This document shows, piece by piece, positions 11,769-25,459 of a DNA stretch of 64,000 nucleotides. Under the pieces are notes generated by a model that had not been told where the DNA came from, did not search any database, and saw only the letters and a program-made list of their open reading frames with translations. Source of the stretch: Xylographa opegraphella (Eukaryota); assembly GCA_022813865.1 (NCBI GenBank), contig JALDZX010000015.1, forward strand, positions 1 to 64,000, written 5' to 3'. Made by a program: the position numbers and the translations under genes. Numbering within the stretch: position 1 is the stretch's first letter; each line of letters opens with the position of its first letter.

Positions 11769-12493
11769 ATGGAACGGATGGGCTCTCTAGCCGGTGGTGT
11801 CTTAGGAATATATTGTTAATTGTGCATCGATGGCGACTCGTCTAGCATTAACGGCGTCTTGGAATTGGAAGGTCACATTTGTTTTCATACATAAGTGGAA
11901 CACCCAAGAACCATGTGATGAAATCTCCGGCAAATTCTCTTGCGTGATCATGTTATCATCACGCCTACTTGCCTCATTCTGTGGATCTTTATTCTTAAGT
12001 TTACCCTGAGGGTGCTGTCGATGCAAATGTACGACAAGGTGCTATTATTTATGATGTTGAGAAAATCTTCAGTCGTTATTCAGCCCAACGATCAATTCAA
12101 CAGTTATTTGAAGCGATTCATTGAATGTACACAGAATATTTCAATGAATTGGTTTCACGGAGTAGCAGGTGAGCCTACCTTCGAGGTTGGACAACGCTCT
12201 TATGGCCACTATGCTTCATGGGTGAGCATGATGTATAACACGTCATCCATATTGATAGGCTGAACCGGCTGGCACTAAATATCATTTCCTCCGTGAAGAG
12301 CAGCAAATTACATAGAACTACCTCGGACATGACCTTCGTTACCCGATTCCGACCTTCTTACCCAAACAAGCAAGTAGCCAAAACAGCTGGGAGTGGTACA
12401 GCGTAGGATCGGTCATAGATGGTCATGCCCGGAACAGATTTATATGAAAAATCCGCAATCTGGAGAAGGATGATTCAGTTCTCAACAAAGACC

Positions 12494-15400
12494 TCATCCA
12501 TCAACTGCAGTTAAAGATGAAGGCAGCTTCGAACAAGCCAGCTTAATCAATTCTGAAGTCGAAGCAGCGTTGAGGACAGCAGACACAGCGACATCGATCG
12601 ACAACTCTACGAAATGATCAGTCACCAAATCAAGGTAGGCAAAGCACGTCACATACCTCTGTGGAACCAGTACTGACACGACACCGCACTCAGCGAATCT
12701 AGTCCGTAAATCGCGAGTGACGAGGCAGGATTGAAGACCGACTCGTCGAATCCCAGCAGCTGAGCTACGAAAGTAAGGAAAGCGTCCTGCATCGCGGCGT
12801 GCACGTCCTTGGTTGGAATGTCCGCAAGCTGTTCTCGAACACTAAGCTGCTTTTCGCCTTTGCCTGCAGCGCTGCTAAGGCTGTGATGCTGCAAGAACCC
12901 GAACTCTGGAAGCTCGGTCCAATATAGTTGGGTCTGATCCTGAGATCCGACAAGCTTGCCATCGATTCTGTCAAACATTTCGAGACCAGTGAGGATGAGA
13001 GAGCGCTCGGAGCGGTGGGATTCGACGATGGCGGCCTCCATGATCTTGGCTAGGTCTTCCTTGCACAACGGAGAAAGTCCGCTTCGCAACAGCGTTTGGA
13101 GAAGATCCTGTTTTCCTAGGTCGTGAAGAATGCCAATGTCGGCTATGAATAGTTAGGAATGCGTCTCTCGTCCAAAGTAGACAGGAAAGAAGTACTTACT
13201 CATAGCACCTAAAGCAATCGAGATTGCAGTTCGACCAATTGACCGCCTGTACTCAGCTAAGGCGTTCAAGAACGTGTTTCCGACATTGTAGCCTCCCTGG
13301 TTTCTATTACCGAGCACACTTGCAATCGAAGAAAACATAATAAAGAAGTCCAAGGGGTCATTCAACGTCTCTTCATGCAATATCCAGCTTGAGTCGATCT
13401 TCAGCCGCAGAGCTATGTCCCAATGCCATCCTTCCATGACTGCCATTGGAGCATCCCCAAGCAGCATGACCATGTTGATAATTCCCTTCAGAGTACCTGT
13501 CTTCCGTATTCCGGAAAGTGCTTCGCTCATAGCTTTCCGGTCGCAAGCATCTGCCCTGATTGCTTCGAATGTGATTCCCATTGCCTTGATGTCCTCCCAT
13601 GTTTGTCGTGCTTCATTTGACTTTATTCCGCTTCTTGAAATAGCGATAATTCTCTTTGCACCGTTCTCAACCATCCAACGACACACAAAACGTCCCAGTC
13701 CACCGAGGCCTCCGATAACGATATACGTGCCGTCGCCAGTCAAAAGCCTCGTGGCCTTCTTGTAGATGAGAGCGCTTTTGAGCGCCTTTTCTGGATTGCG
13801 ATTCGCATATAGTAAGGCAGTCGAAGATGGAGTCTCTTGCGCAGCTTGGAATGCCCTATCAATATCCGCCAAGTCAAATGCCTCAAAAGGCTCGGTTAGC
13901 TTTATTTTCTTGTCCCATGCCTGAGCAATCATATATATGCCCCGTTCAGATTCAAGGTAACCTCGGATGTCGACACTTGTTCCGTTAACTCGAAGCCCAT
14001 CACTTCCAGTTGACGTTATCACAAAGTCTGCAGATTTAGCTGAGTCTGGCGTAAGGAAGATCAAGCCTATTTCCTCGCCCAAATTCCTTATCGCTTGCTT
14101 TAAACCCCTTCGGACAGACGATTCAATAGTGTCTCCTCGTCGTGCTCTCGCAGTCCCATCGATGATGCAAAGGGCCATAGCAATGCAAGCGAAGGTGATG
14201 CCCGCCTCTTCGGGTGAAATTGGTTCTGTGTACATTTGAATTTGATTTGAGACGACGTCTAGTACATTACAGTGACCGCCATAAGCAAACCCGACTACTT
14301 TGGTGCCTTGAGGAAACTCGTTGCTAAGTTCCGAGATCACACGGCCAGCAAAGAAAGTTCCAAGGCTCGACTTCGGTTGATTCGGTCGTTTTCCGTTGTA
14401 ATTCGAGATATCGACAATGCCAATAATCGAGGCTTCTACCTCCACATGGATCTTTCCTGGATCATCACCATGGAATCTGTTTTGGTGAAAGGCCAATAAA
14501 ATCGGAGTCTGCCTTGATGAAAGCGAAAGCTCGTAGTCCCTGTTTACTAGGGAAACTTGGTTACTCTGAGGAGGGATAAGACCCATAGAAGCAGAAAGCT
14601 CGTCGTCAGGCAGATAGCGTAGAATATTTGTCGTCAAACCTCTGACTTCCATCTTGATCTCATTTTCTCCACTCAGCAGTGTAGCATAAGCGTGCTGTAT
14701 GGAGTCCTGTATGGCAGACTCCAGTTGATCATCTGAAAGAACGAGCCATGATACTTTGATAGAAGGTTGTTCGGATTGTATAGTACGCAATAAAGTACCA
14801 GCGATATTGGTGTAGGGATTTTTTTCTCTCTGGTGCGTTACCCACAGAATATTGTCGGCGTACTCCAAAAGATTCTGCAGCCATGGAACCAAGTTATTGC
14901 CGGGCCAGGTGGTGATTATAGATTTCTCATTATCGTCATAAACGATTGCACTATACCGCTCTTGCTTCCGCTCGCAAAAGTTCTTGACCGAAAAGGGTGT
15001 CAAGTGTACGTACTCGTCAACTTTGATTCTGGTAGCAGGTTGTGACTCCGGGCTTGAGTAAATGATGGTTGTCAGTTTCGGGGATAAATTATGGTTTATC
15101 TTGTCCGGTTGAGCTCGAAAAAGCGTCCAAACTTCTTCACCGATTCCTACCAGATCGCAGACTCTGCAGAAACGCGAGGGAAATTGTGCGTCGACTTGCA
15201 ATTGCTGAGTACTTATACACACGATACCGCACGGCAGGAGAAGCTTTCCTAAATCATCAAGATTGGTCATATTGCCGGCGAAAAGCAGGTGGAATCTAGT
15301 AGTGTCGATAAAGCTCTCGACTAGCTGAACTCGATCCGGCATGAATCCACTCACTTCCCCGATAATTTGAAAGGACCTAAAGCGGGGCCTCTCTCCTAAT

Positions 15401-18400
15401 TGTGCCCCTGGGAGACCTTCCAGTATCTCACTCAAATTTTCGGGCCTCATATCAATTGCAGCAATGTCGCACATTGGCCACTTATGAGTGACAAGCCTCA
15501 GACATTCGCTAACACTTAGGGAATCTTGAGGCGGCATCCTGGATAAGTCAGGCATCGTGACAGGTTTGAAATATAACGACTTCAGCGCCGGTGGTACATG
15601 CACGAACTCATCAACCTCAAAGTTCACATCCGAGAGCACTATGTGCGTGTCCCCTAGCGCCATGTTGATATCGCAGCGGCTCCCCAGAGCGGTTTCCTCA
15701 CTATTTAGCACTCGGAAACGACCAGTACGAGTGTCTGGCGGGACAGCTGGAACTACTACCGCATGTACAGATGAAAGCTTATAAGTGGCTGGCAAATTCC
15801 GTCCGGAAAATATGTGTGGAGGGCTTCGCAAAATGGACTCGAATACCAATGGGTCCACAAAGTCCACATCCGGGAGTCCCGAATCAGTCTCAAAGCTACC
15901 AGAGATACCAGCCGAGGTAAGAGCGAAGTCCTTGAGCCTGCTAATCATAGAATCATCGTAGCTGGGTGACTGCTGTAGTGAATGCTGATCATGAAGCACA
16001 TCTGAGTTTGGCATATAGCTTCCTGGTCTGGTATCTGTCCATGTAAACTGTCCGGAACAGTGCTTCTTGGAGCCTCTAAGCTGATCCGCTGTGAGAGAAA
16101 GTATCTCGAACCAATATAAACTAGAGTCATCCATCTTGCGAGCACGCAAGTGCATTTCGATAGTCGCTTCTAAGTCTCGGAAGGACGAAAATGACAAGGG
16201 CTCCCAGAACTGTACTTCCGAAAGGTGGAGGTAGCTTGATTTGCATGGTTCCACAATCTGACTTTGCTGCCTCGCGGCTTCGAGTGCCATCAATAGATAC
16301 ATAGTCGGAGGTAAGTTGTTGGCTCCTTCATCCTAGGGGAGTGTCTTGTCAGCCAGAAATTCGAATCAGACTGTACATCCAAACTCTCCATGGTTGAGAC
16401 GTCCTGGTCAAGTATCGAACTATCCGAGAAGGTGTACGAACGCAATCAAATGGACGTGAACTACAACAATTAGGTACTGTACTAACAGACGGTCCCCGCA
16501 TTATCAAAATTACATCGAAGGACTGGCCTTGTTTCTCGCAGCTTATAACGGGGTCGGAGCGTTTTATCGACTCACTTTGATTTTCACAAGCCACGGTACT
16601 TCTTTCAGCATGAGATGATTGCGCCAGCTCGGACGCAAGGGCACATCTTCTGAGTATAGAGATCCAAGCAGTTCATGACGCAAGGTCTTTCGGAATCGTA
16701 TGTTGCGGCTGATTCTTGATTCAGCCCAGAATGGAGTCTTATGATCCCACGAGTATATGGGAACATCAGTGAGCACTGTCCCATAGTGATAGTTTACCTT
16801 CTGACCGTGTTCGCTCTCTTTAGCGTTAATATTTGCAGTATTCAGTTCTAAACCACTGGCTATGAGCGCACCAGCGCTCTCCAAGAGCGTTTGAAAGCCC
16901 CCTTCCCCTCGTAAACAGGAATGAAAGTAATTGACGTTGGCACGGCCAGTACTGCGAACTGTCTCTTGAGCCGGTCCCCTCAGAGCTGGATGTGGTCCAA
17001 TTTCAACAAAAATATAGTCCTCACCAGCACTGCTGACACAGGCTCGTAGTGCCGAGCAAAACTCGACAGTTGAGATCATATTCTCCTTCCAGTACATGGG
17101 TGAGCAATCCTTCGCTTTAACTTGCTGGCCAGTTACCGAAGAAAACATATCACATTCCGTGCTTGAGGGCTGCGGTGCGATATCTGCGTCTCGCAGTGCT
17201 TTCTCGTAAGCCTGAGCCACGTGGGTCATATGATGCGAATGATAGGCAATCTCAGACCGTAATGATCGACAAAAGATCTTCTCTTTTTCGCAGAGCATGG
17301 CAATCTGCTGAACTGCATCATCATCCCCTGAGAGAGTGCAACTGGTCGGTGAATTGACCGCAGCCAACTGGACACGATTTCCAAAACCTTCAAGCAGAGT
17401 ATTCGAGTCTTTCTCACCCAGTCCCACTGCACACATGGCTCCCTTATAGGAACCGTTCAAGCAACGAAGGTATAAGCCACGGTAGAAGGCAATCACCATG
17501 GCATCCCTCAACGATATAAGCCCAGCGGCATGAGCTGCAGCAATTTCACCACTAGAATGACCAACCACAGCCTTTGGTGTCAAGCCCCAGTGCTTCCATA
17601 GCGCTACCAGGCCCAGTTGAAGCGCTGTGCAGAGTGGCTGAGAGTAAGAAGCTTTATAGATGTTCGAGCAGTCGGCCGGTTTCAACAGCTCTTCTTTCAA
17701 AGACCAAGATGGTCCATCGTGTAGTGCCGTTAGCGCATCCTCGCATTCGTCAATGATTCTGCTGAATAATCGTGAGCTCTCTATAAGAGCTTTGCCCATT
17801 GCAGGCCACTGCGCCCCCTGGCCAGTAAAAATAAAAACCACTCTCGATGCTGAAAGGTTACTCCTGGTGTGTGATTGTAAGGTCTCGTCCTGAAACTTCT
17901 TGACGGCTTCCGTATTTGTGCGAGCAGAAAAGAAAAGCGAATAACTGAGTGTCGATCGACGAGACAGCAAAGTGAATGCTAAGTCGTGAAGATCAGGACT
18001 TTTGCTGCTTAGGTAGTCGGCATACCGTATAGATAGTCTTCGAAGGGCATATTTGTCCTCGGCAGAAACTTTGAAAAGCAATGGAGCCTCCGTAGCGTTG
18101 CCTTTTGGGCCAGGCTTTGGATATGACTCCAGAACGCAGTGGCCGTTTGTTCCACCAGCACCGAATGTATTCACTGCGGCGCGCCGTATTTTGTTCTGGG
18201 TCTTAGGCCATCCAACCATCACTGTCGGAATGTGAACGTTATTGAAATCTATCTTCGGATTGGGCGTCACGAAATGCATTTGTGGAGGTATGCTTGCCCT
18301 CTCTAAACACTGGACGGTCTTGATGATAGCTGCTAGTGCAGCACAGGCTTCAAGATGCCCAATGTTGCTCTTCACGGATCCAACAACAAGTGGCTCTGGC

Positions 18401-19611
18401 CTGGGAGTAGTGCCAAATACAGCATTGATGGCAGAGAACTCTAGTGGGTCACCAACAGCAGTTCCTGTGCCCTAGATTGTGAAAATATCAGAACTCGGTC
18501 AACTCTGGAATACTCGGGGACTTCATACATGAGCCTCAACATATTGAATATCGCTGGGAGAAAGGCCCACACGTTTGTAAAGACACTCCATGTTTTGTTT
18601 CTGGGCATTTGCAGACGGCAAAGTAATGCCTTGAGTCCTGCCGTCCTGATTGAGCCTTGTGCCTCTGATCACGGCTCTAATTGGATCATGATCGGCCAAA
18701 GCACTTTCCAGTGGTTTAAGGAGAACAGCAAGAACCCCTTCACCACGACCATACCCGTCACCCTCTGCGTCAAAGCTTCGGCACCTTCCGCTAGGACTCA
18801 GAAATCCCAGTTCGGAGGACGGCATAAACATGTCAGGATTGATGATGAGCTTAGCTCCACAAACCATCGCCATGCCAGCTTCCTTGCCCTCGAGTGATCG
18901 CACTGCCTGGTGGAGAGCAGCCATTGTCGAAGAACAAGCAGTGTCAACGGTAAGGCTAGGCCCAGATAAATTATAAAAATAGCTTATCCTGTTGGCGCCC
19001 ATGCAGGTTGCCTAGTTGAAGTCAATTTCCAACTGATACATATTCACTAACTCGGGCCTCACGGTCCCAGTTGCGAGATATCTGGGCGTAGCATCAATAT
19101 CTCTCGCTAAGACTGTGTGGTAGTCGGTGCCCTCCATACCTACAATATGTCAATATGCCAATCTTGTCAAAGTCTCCCTTGGCGCTCTGGATGACTGGTA
19201 CAGGAAAGCACCTTTCTCACCTGCAAATACGGCGGTATCAGATCCAACAAACTTTTCAAGCGGTATGCCAGCATTTTCAAGCGCTTCATAGGATATTTCC
19301 AGAAGTAATCTCTGCTGTGGGTCGGTAGCAATGGCCATCTGGGGAGACATATTGAAGAAGGCGTTATCAAAACGATCAATGGCAGCGTTATCCATCATGT
19401 AAGCATCCTTCACATTAGTCATTCCTTTTTGAGGACCTCCATCTGGATGGTAGTAGCCTCTGGCATTGAAACGTGTGATCTCGCTCTGGACGTCTTTGGA
19501 TGAGGCTAATAAATCCCATAATTCCGAGGCAGAATCTGCACCGGCCACTCTGCAAGCCATACCGATGATGGCGATTCCTCCCGCTGGCTCGTAAGCAGCG
19601 CTTTGAGACAT
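12494..19611 (-). CDS. Iterative type I reducing-clade PKS: KS-AT-(DH dead)-(pseudo-MT)-(ER dead)-KR-ACP, 7 exons, about 2,200 aa
   Basis: KS triad DTACSS / EAHGTGT / KSNIGHLE; AT GHSSGE and AYHSH; KR GGLGGLG and SSIAS..GN..QGGYN; ACP GLDSL. Approximate exons 19611-19221, 19139-19063, 19011-18529, 18471-16576, 16332-13200, 13142-12657, 12608-12494, all with GT-AG introns. Confidence 0.95.
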
Positions 19612-20395
19612 AGTAGCCGAACACTCAATTCTGTGCAGTCGCTGCTCACACCAAAGAGCGAGATTCCCCGCGCCACCTTATATGGTCTGAACAGGATTGA
19701 GCGACCCATCTTTAGCCGCACGCGTAGTTGTAATCGTGTATAATCAGAAGCAGACGCGTGTATTCGGTGTCGCCGACTCGCCGTATCTAACGATGTGACG
19801 TATTCGACCTGAAGACCTTTCTGCCGCCTGCATCCAAACCCCACTCGATGTCGTGACACCTGCGAGGGCAAGATAAGGGCTGCCTTCAGCCGCGAGAAGC
19901 CCCGGTGTCGTATCCAGAAGGGGGAAGTAGTCCGATGGGGATATTAGTCCGTCTCAGGATTGAATCCATGCTATTTGACTTTTTCAGTAACCGCCACGGA
20001 GTCGGACAGCTGCTCGAGTCCTCAACGAAAAGGGCTGGAAACAATTCTGCTTCGAAGCCGCAGCCACGCCACTATTCTGGTATATTGAGGAACACCGCGC
20101 ATATTTCCGAACGCTTGGAATAGGGTTAATTAACTGATACATTAGTTACCTTGGTACAAAGTGCAGAATATTTCACCTTATCGAGTGCAGATTTATTTCT
20201 CTATCTATCAAAACGAAGTGCTTGAAGCTATAGCCATATCTACAGCAATCTGCACATGCAAATATGTATACACAGGTCTATACAAGATAGCCGTCCATTA
20301 AATGGCCAGATTCACAGCCAGATCCACCAAAGCCATTTTCATTGGCCGGGTCCTTCAGCCAGTTTCGCAGCTTCCCCCACCGCAGCCAGTCGTTA

Positions 20396-20455
20396 GTCGT
20401 TATACAGCCAGTCGCTATACAGTCCATCACTACACAGCGCGTCACTATGCAGCAA
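20396..20455. repeat. Degenerate 15-bp tandem repeat, 4 copies
   Basis: gtcgttatacagcca / gtcgctatacagtcc / atcactacacagcgc / gtcactatgcagcaa. Confidence 0.6.
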
Positions 20456-22159
20456 AACTCTGTTGTATGCACACCGAAGTCATTTTTATTTAACACAGTA
20501 AAACAAAAAGCCAATACAATTAGCCCTCGTCTGAGAGTGACGCATCCCGGTCGGTAATTAAAAGCTCTTCGCCTTCCGCGGAATCGTTGTTATCCACTGC
20601 AGCAGCATTATTGTGATCGTCCTCGTTATCTGGATCACCAATGGTGTTGACCTCAGATGTCACTCCTTCATTGTTCGGCTCGAAAGTATGTCGAGCTACT
20701 GTCATATCATCTACCGATCCATCTGAATCGTCATCTAGGTTGACGACTTCTTTTGCCTTACGAGTGGGCACAGTTGTCGTGCGTTGTGGAAAGTCGTTAC
20801 CTTATGGTTACGACATCACGGATTTCTGCTTTATCGTACAAAGCGCTTATCATCCGAAACATATGATCCCGAGTGTATTTCCTCAGAAACTCATCATACG
20901 TCGACGTTAACAGGTACCTCAGTCGCGCGTGAAACCGCGATCTGAATAAAAGTATGTATAAATCGTCAAGTCGCAATATAGATCTATAAACTGTCAAAAG
21001 ACTTGACCTCTATGGACCGAAAGCAAGGCTTAGCTCCACCCAATCGGCGGAGCGTAGCTCTACATCTCGGCAGAAGAGGCCGCTCAGGCCCATCAACCAT
21101 TCCGATCTGCGTGAACTGCACCTACACCAGCGTCAGTATCCTTACACAAGCCCAGAGTTCTTGACCTACCAGCCCCACAGCTTCCACGCTCGCACGACGA
21201 GGCCATCGAAAAGGTCCGCTCGACTCTTGCGCAGAGGATTCGAAGCCTTCCAGGTCCGGGGCGGAAGAACGGGTCTGTGATACGGGTGACTACTACCGAT
21301 CAGCCGTGCAGGAATCTCCTCAAGACGACCATATCAACAGAAATTTTAAATGCTGAAGGTAATCAGTGATTTTGAAAGTTAAAGCCGAATATCTGCCTTC
21401 AATATTCCAAAGTTCTTGATATAACATAACGCTTCGTTTTGTTCTACATACTGGTTCATCCAAACTTCTGCGTTGAGCGGCACCTTATTTTTCCATGATA
21501 TATGAAGGTTCCCCACCTTTGTGCGATAGTCATTGTAAAGTGCCGTGGTTGTCTTTAGAATGCATTAAAAGATTGAATAAGTGTTTCCATTGTTTCTACA
21601 CTCTCTATACATCATACCAATAAAGCCCCAGAGGGCTCGCAGCTCGAATCCGTGATGCCCACGATTACGAAAGCCCTCCCATGAGCACATGAATGCGGAC
21701 ACTGCAAAGATATAAGGCCAATGGACTGTCCGTGGCCCCCTCGTGACTTGTGTATATACTCGGAACGAAAGTGACGACCGTGACGATTCGGACCATGCTG
21801 CAGGGAAATGGTATATTGAGCTTATTCAAGCGCAGAATGGTAACCTCTCGTGGATGCGCACATAAGGTTTCAGAAGCGAGTAGATCAAGAGTGAAGATCG
21901 AGCGGCTCGCATTTGAGTATGGGATTGGGGAATGATGGAAACGAATGTGGATCATATATATGCTAAGTATAGACAGTAGAAGGAAAACCTGCCCCAATTC
22001 TTTCTCGCTGCTCCTCCTTCCTCAACACTGAAGCTATGAAGTTCATACATATGAATCGAAAGCGAAGCTATTGATGATTTCTGACGAGCATATGCAACAA
22101 CAAGCTCAAAGAAAAATTCCCCAAGTTTCTCCTTCGGGTCATTCGACGTAGCATGTCGC

Positions 22160-25061
22160 TTAACTCCTGAATAAGGCGATCGTGTCGGGGAAGACATTGA
22201 TGTTCTGTGCGTACCCAGCGTAGCTGGTGCCTCCGATCTGGATCATCTGGTTCGAGCCAACCGTGTTGAGGTTATACACACTTACACTGCTGGCCGTGCT
22301 GTCGACGCTGAAGATTGCGTTTTGGCAGTTTTCGCCGGCGCCGACAGCGGAACAAGCTAGAAATGTCAGTCATAAGCAAGTGACACAGAGAGTGATGAGA
22401 CATACCTGTACTATAGTTATTGAAAAATGAGTAAAAGCCGGCACCGTAGACAAGAATGTTAGACGATTTGAGAATACGGAGGCCCCACGCATCGCTTGTG
22501 GCCGATAGGGTTGGATCGTTGAGGGAAGCGACGACAGGGAAGGGGCTGCTCGCTCCTGGGTTAGGTTGGTAATAACTGTCCGTTACGTCAGAAGATTACC
22601 AGAAAGGGACACTGCGATAAAGAACTCACGGCGTCTCGGTCTGGATCTGGCCCATGAAGATATTCTTCGTGTTCGCCAATTGATACTGATATAGGGTATG
22701 GTGCTCAACTGCGGTACCCACACTGGAAATGATAAAGTCAGTCGTGATTGGCCTTCTATCATGCGTACCGGTAAAGCAGTACTCACAGCCAGAACGTTCC
22801 AGCTGTACTGGCAATGTAAAGCCCTCGTCCGTTATAAATGGTGAGCTGGCGGTTCCCTGGGTCATCGATATCATGGTCCGCAGTCCATAGCCAGCAGTTT
22901 TCCATGTACAAGCCTTGGGCGCTAGCAGTAACATACATGCTCATATAACCACCGATGCAGTTTGCGTTGATTGGGTTAGCGCCAGTTGTGGTAGGACAAT
23001 TGGCAATTGATAGATCCGATCCGGTGAAACCGCCGATACGTGTATGAACATCCCACATCCCGGAAGGTGTGCCTGATGGGGTAGCCAAGTTCCATTCAAT
23101 GAGGATGGCACTATCTCACATATTAGTATATACATAGAACTTTCACGAGACACGCAGATCTTACCCAGCTTGAGCTCCCTGAGTTGAAACTCTGTTGACG
23201 ATTAACCTTGATATCATACAGTAATATAGTTAAGGAACACTTACATCATGTCGGACCATTCGACTTGTCCTATCTGTCCAGCAGTACCTACTTGGACGAC
23301 TGGTTTAGGGCTCGACATACTGTTAAAGAAGCTTCCCCTTGACATGATTACCGAGTAACTCTCTCCAACCCACTTGGAACCCGGGGGCATGGTGAGAGTT
23401 GATGTGACTACGTAGGTCCCCGCGTCCCAGAAAAGAACTGCGCCTGCAGCAGCAGCATTGTTGATGACCATCTGAAGAGCATAAGTATCATCCGTAACAC
23501 CATTTCCAGCAGCTCCACTGCTACGGGTGCTCTGGAATGCGGAAACTGGAAGAGTGTTGTATTGCGGCTTAGATCGTTGATAGTAGGAGCTTCCACTGAC
23601 AAGCGGTGCAGGTCGAGAGTTCCCAGCGAAGGAACCCTCAAGACTCGTGGGACCATTTGGGGTATATGCATGACCTTGGCCCCATGCAGCAATCGTTTGA
23701 GAGCCAGCAGTACCTGCCAACGTCGTTCCACTTGGGCCTTGTACCATGACAGGAACATTTGTGATTCCAACATTCTCAATAATCACGGAACCTGCGGCAT
23801 TTCCAGCTGAGGACGGCGTATATGCTGTGGTAATGCCAACTGGCACATTTGTGAAATGGCTATCGATCAAGGTAATGGATCCTGTTTCTGGACTGCTTGT
23901 GCCACCAGCATTGATGGAAATTCCTGTACCACAGTTGTTGATGTTGATGCCCTCGTAGGTCCAGCCCCAATCCCAAAAATGAGAGATACTATGACAATGA
24001 ATTAGCATGCAGGATTCGTTACAATGTGAGTAATGATTAGACTAACGCCGTAACACAGTTGTTGAAGGTCAAGTTCCGCATTGTAAATTGCTGATTTCCA
24101 AAAGCTCCACCCTTCAGTCCACCATTAAAGACGAGATCGGTCATGAATCCGGCAGATCCTATATAAATTAAGTCTCTGGTTCACAAACAAATGCAAAAAA
24201 TGTCTCTAAAAGCTTGATTGGTAGAGGAGGTCGATATTCGTGTCAATGGGGACGAACATACCACTTTCAATAAATAGTCCTATATGCTGCGTGCCGGATG
24301 CTGTACTCAAGGTGAAAACAATGTTTTGTAGGGATGTTGCCTGTGCGGTGGGCCAGTGAATACCAGTAGCAGCTGAACTTACTGGCATGTTAGTGGTATC
24401 AATGATGAAATTCCTGATTTGCCGATAGAAAACGTTGGTAGAACCCCAGTTGAGGTTGGATGTGTAGTATGGGTCAGCATCGATAAGGGCAAAACCACCG
24501 AAGCCAGCGGTTGCTTTAATCGTGGGCATAGCATTGGGATTCCCAATGAGTTGGGTATAGTAGGCAGGATTTATGGGAGATGAGATTAAATAGGTTCCTG
24601 CTGGGAAGTATACGACTGCTGGTGTGGTCGTTGAACTCGCACAGCCTTGACCACAGCGGCCGCCGGCATTGATCGCAGCGTTGATGGCGGCCTGGTCTAT
24701 GTGAGAAAAGCTCCTGCCAGTACCGAGTGCGATTGCTTACGGTATCATCAGTGACCCCATTTCCGGTTGCACCATAGTTCTTGACGTTACGAAAGACAGT
24801 ATATCCACTGGGACCAAATGCCGAAATGCCTTGGTGATTGATTGTCTCATACCAGTAAGGAGTCGCGCCCGCCTGAGCAACATAGGACTGAGGGCCTACA
24901 TGCGGTGGAGGAAGATGTGCAGGAGTCTTGTAGTCGACATAGGATGAAAGATTATGGAGCATCGACTGCACAGCTGATTCCACTTCAGGGATCACGAGCT
25001 GCATGGAGGAAGCACGTGAAAGCAGCGGCAGGAATGCCAGACATTGTTTGAAGAAACGCAT
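22160..25061 (-). CDS. Secreted GH55 exo-beta-1,3-glucanase
   Basis: Signal peptide MRFFKQCLAFLPLL. Two pectate-lyase-3-like repeats (FRNVKNYGATGNGVTDDT, GAAGNGVTDDT), plus TNVFYRQIRNF, GIHWPTAQATSLQN, MWDVHTRIGG, WLWTADHDID, GTAVEHHTLYQY, QIQTETP. Multiple introns. Confidence 0.95.
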
Positions 25062-25416
25062 GATTAGATGTTTCTAAGCAAGGGAGGTCCTCACCTTCGA
25101 CGAGACCGACGAGTTTGGGGGAACGAGGAGCGAATATATGTACATTTCTGGAAAAGGACACGGAAGCAGCTTTTGTCTCCATCTCGTAAGACAAGGTCTT
25201 ACACAACATATCGAGAAGTGTGCCTGCAATGCCTATGGGTCCCTCCATTGTCGTCCGAGCAATTTGAAGCTGACGGCAAGAAATGGGGAACGCAACACCT
25301 GTCCAAGTCATCGGACTGCATGGGGAGGGGAGATGAGAGGGTCGGCGCTGGGCCGAGAAGTAGCTCGGGATGGTGGATGTCGCAGACCGAGCGACAGTGA
25401 CTGGAAGAAAGCTCAA

Positions 25417-25459
25417 GTGAAGCGTGCAGCGTGAAGCGTGAAGCACGAAGCACGAAGCA
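25417..25459. repeat. 7-bp tandem repeat (GTGAAGC/ACGAAGC, about 6 copies) upstream of GH55
   Basis: gtgaagc gtgcagc gtgaagc gtgaagc acgaagc acgaagc read directly from the sequence. Confidence 0.7.

Noticed and set aside
12494..19611. PKS split over several ORFs as a pseudogene or multi-gene system
   Set aside because: The breaks are bridged by canonical GT-AG introns, and those checked keep the frame.
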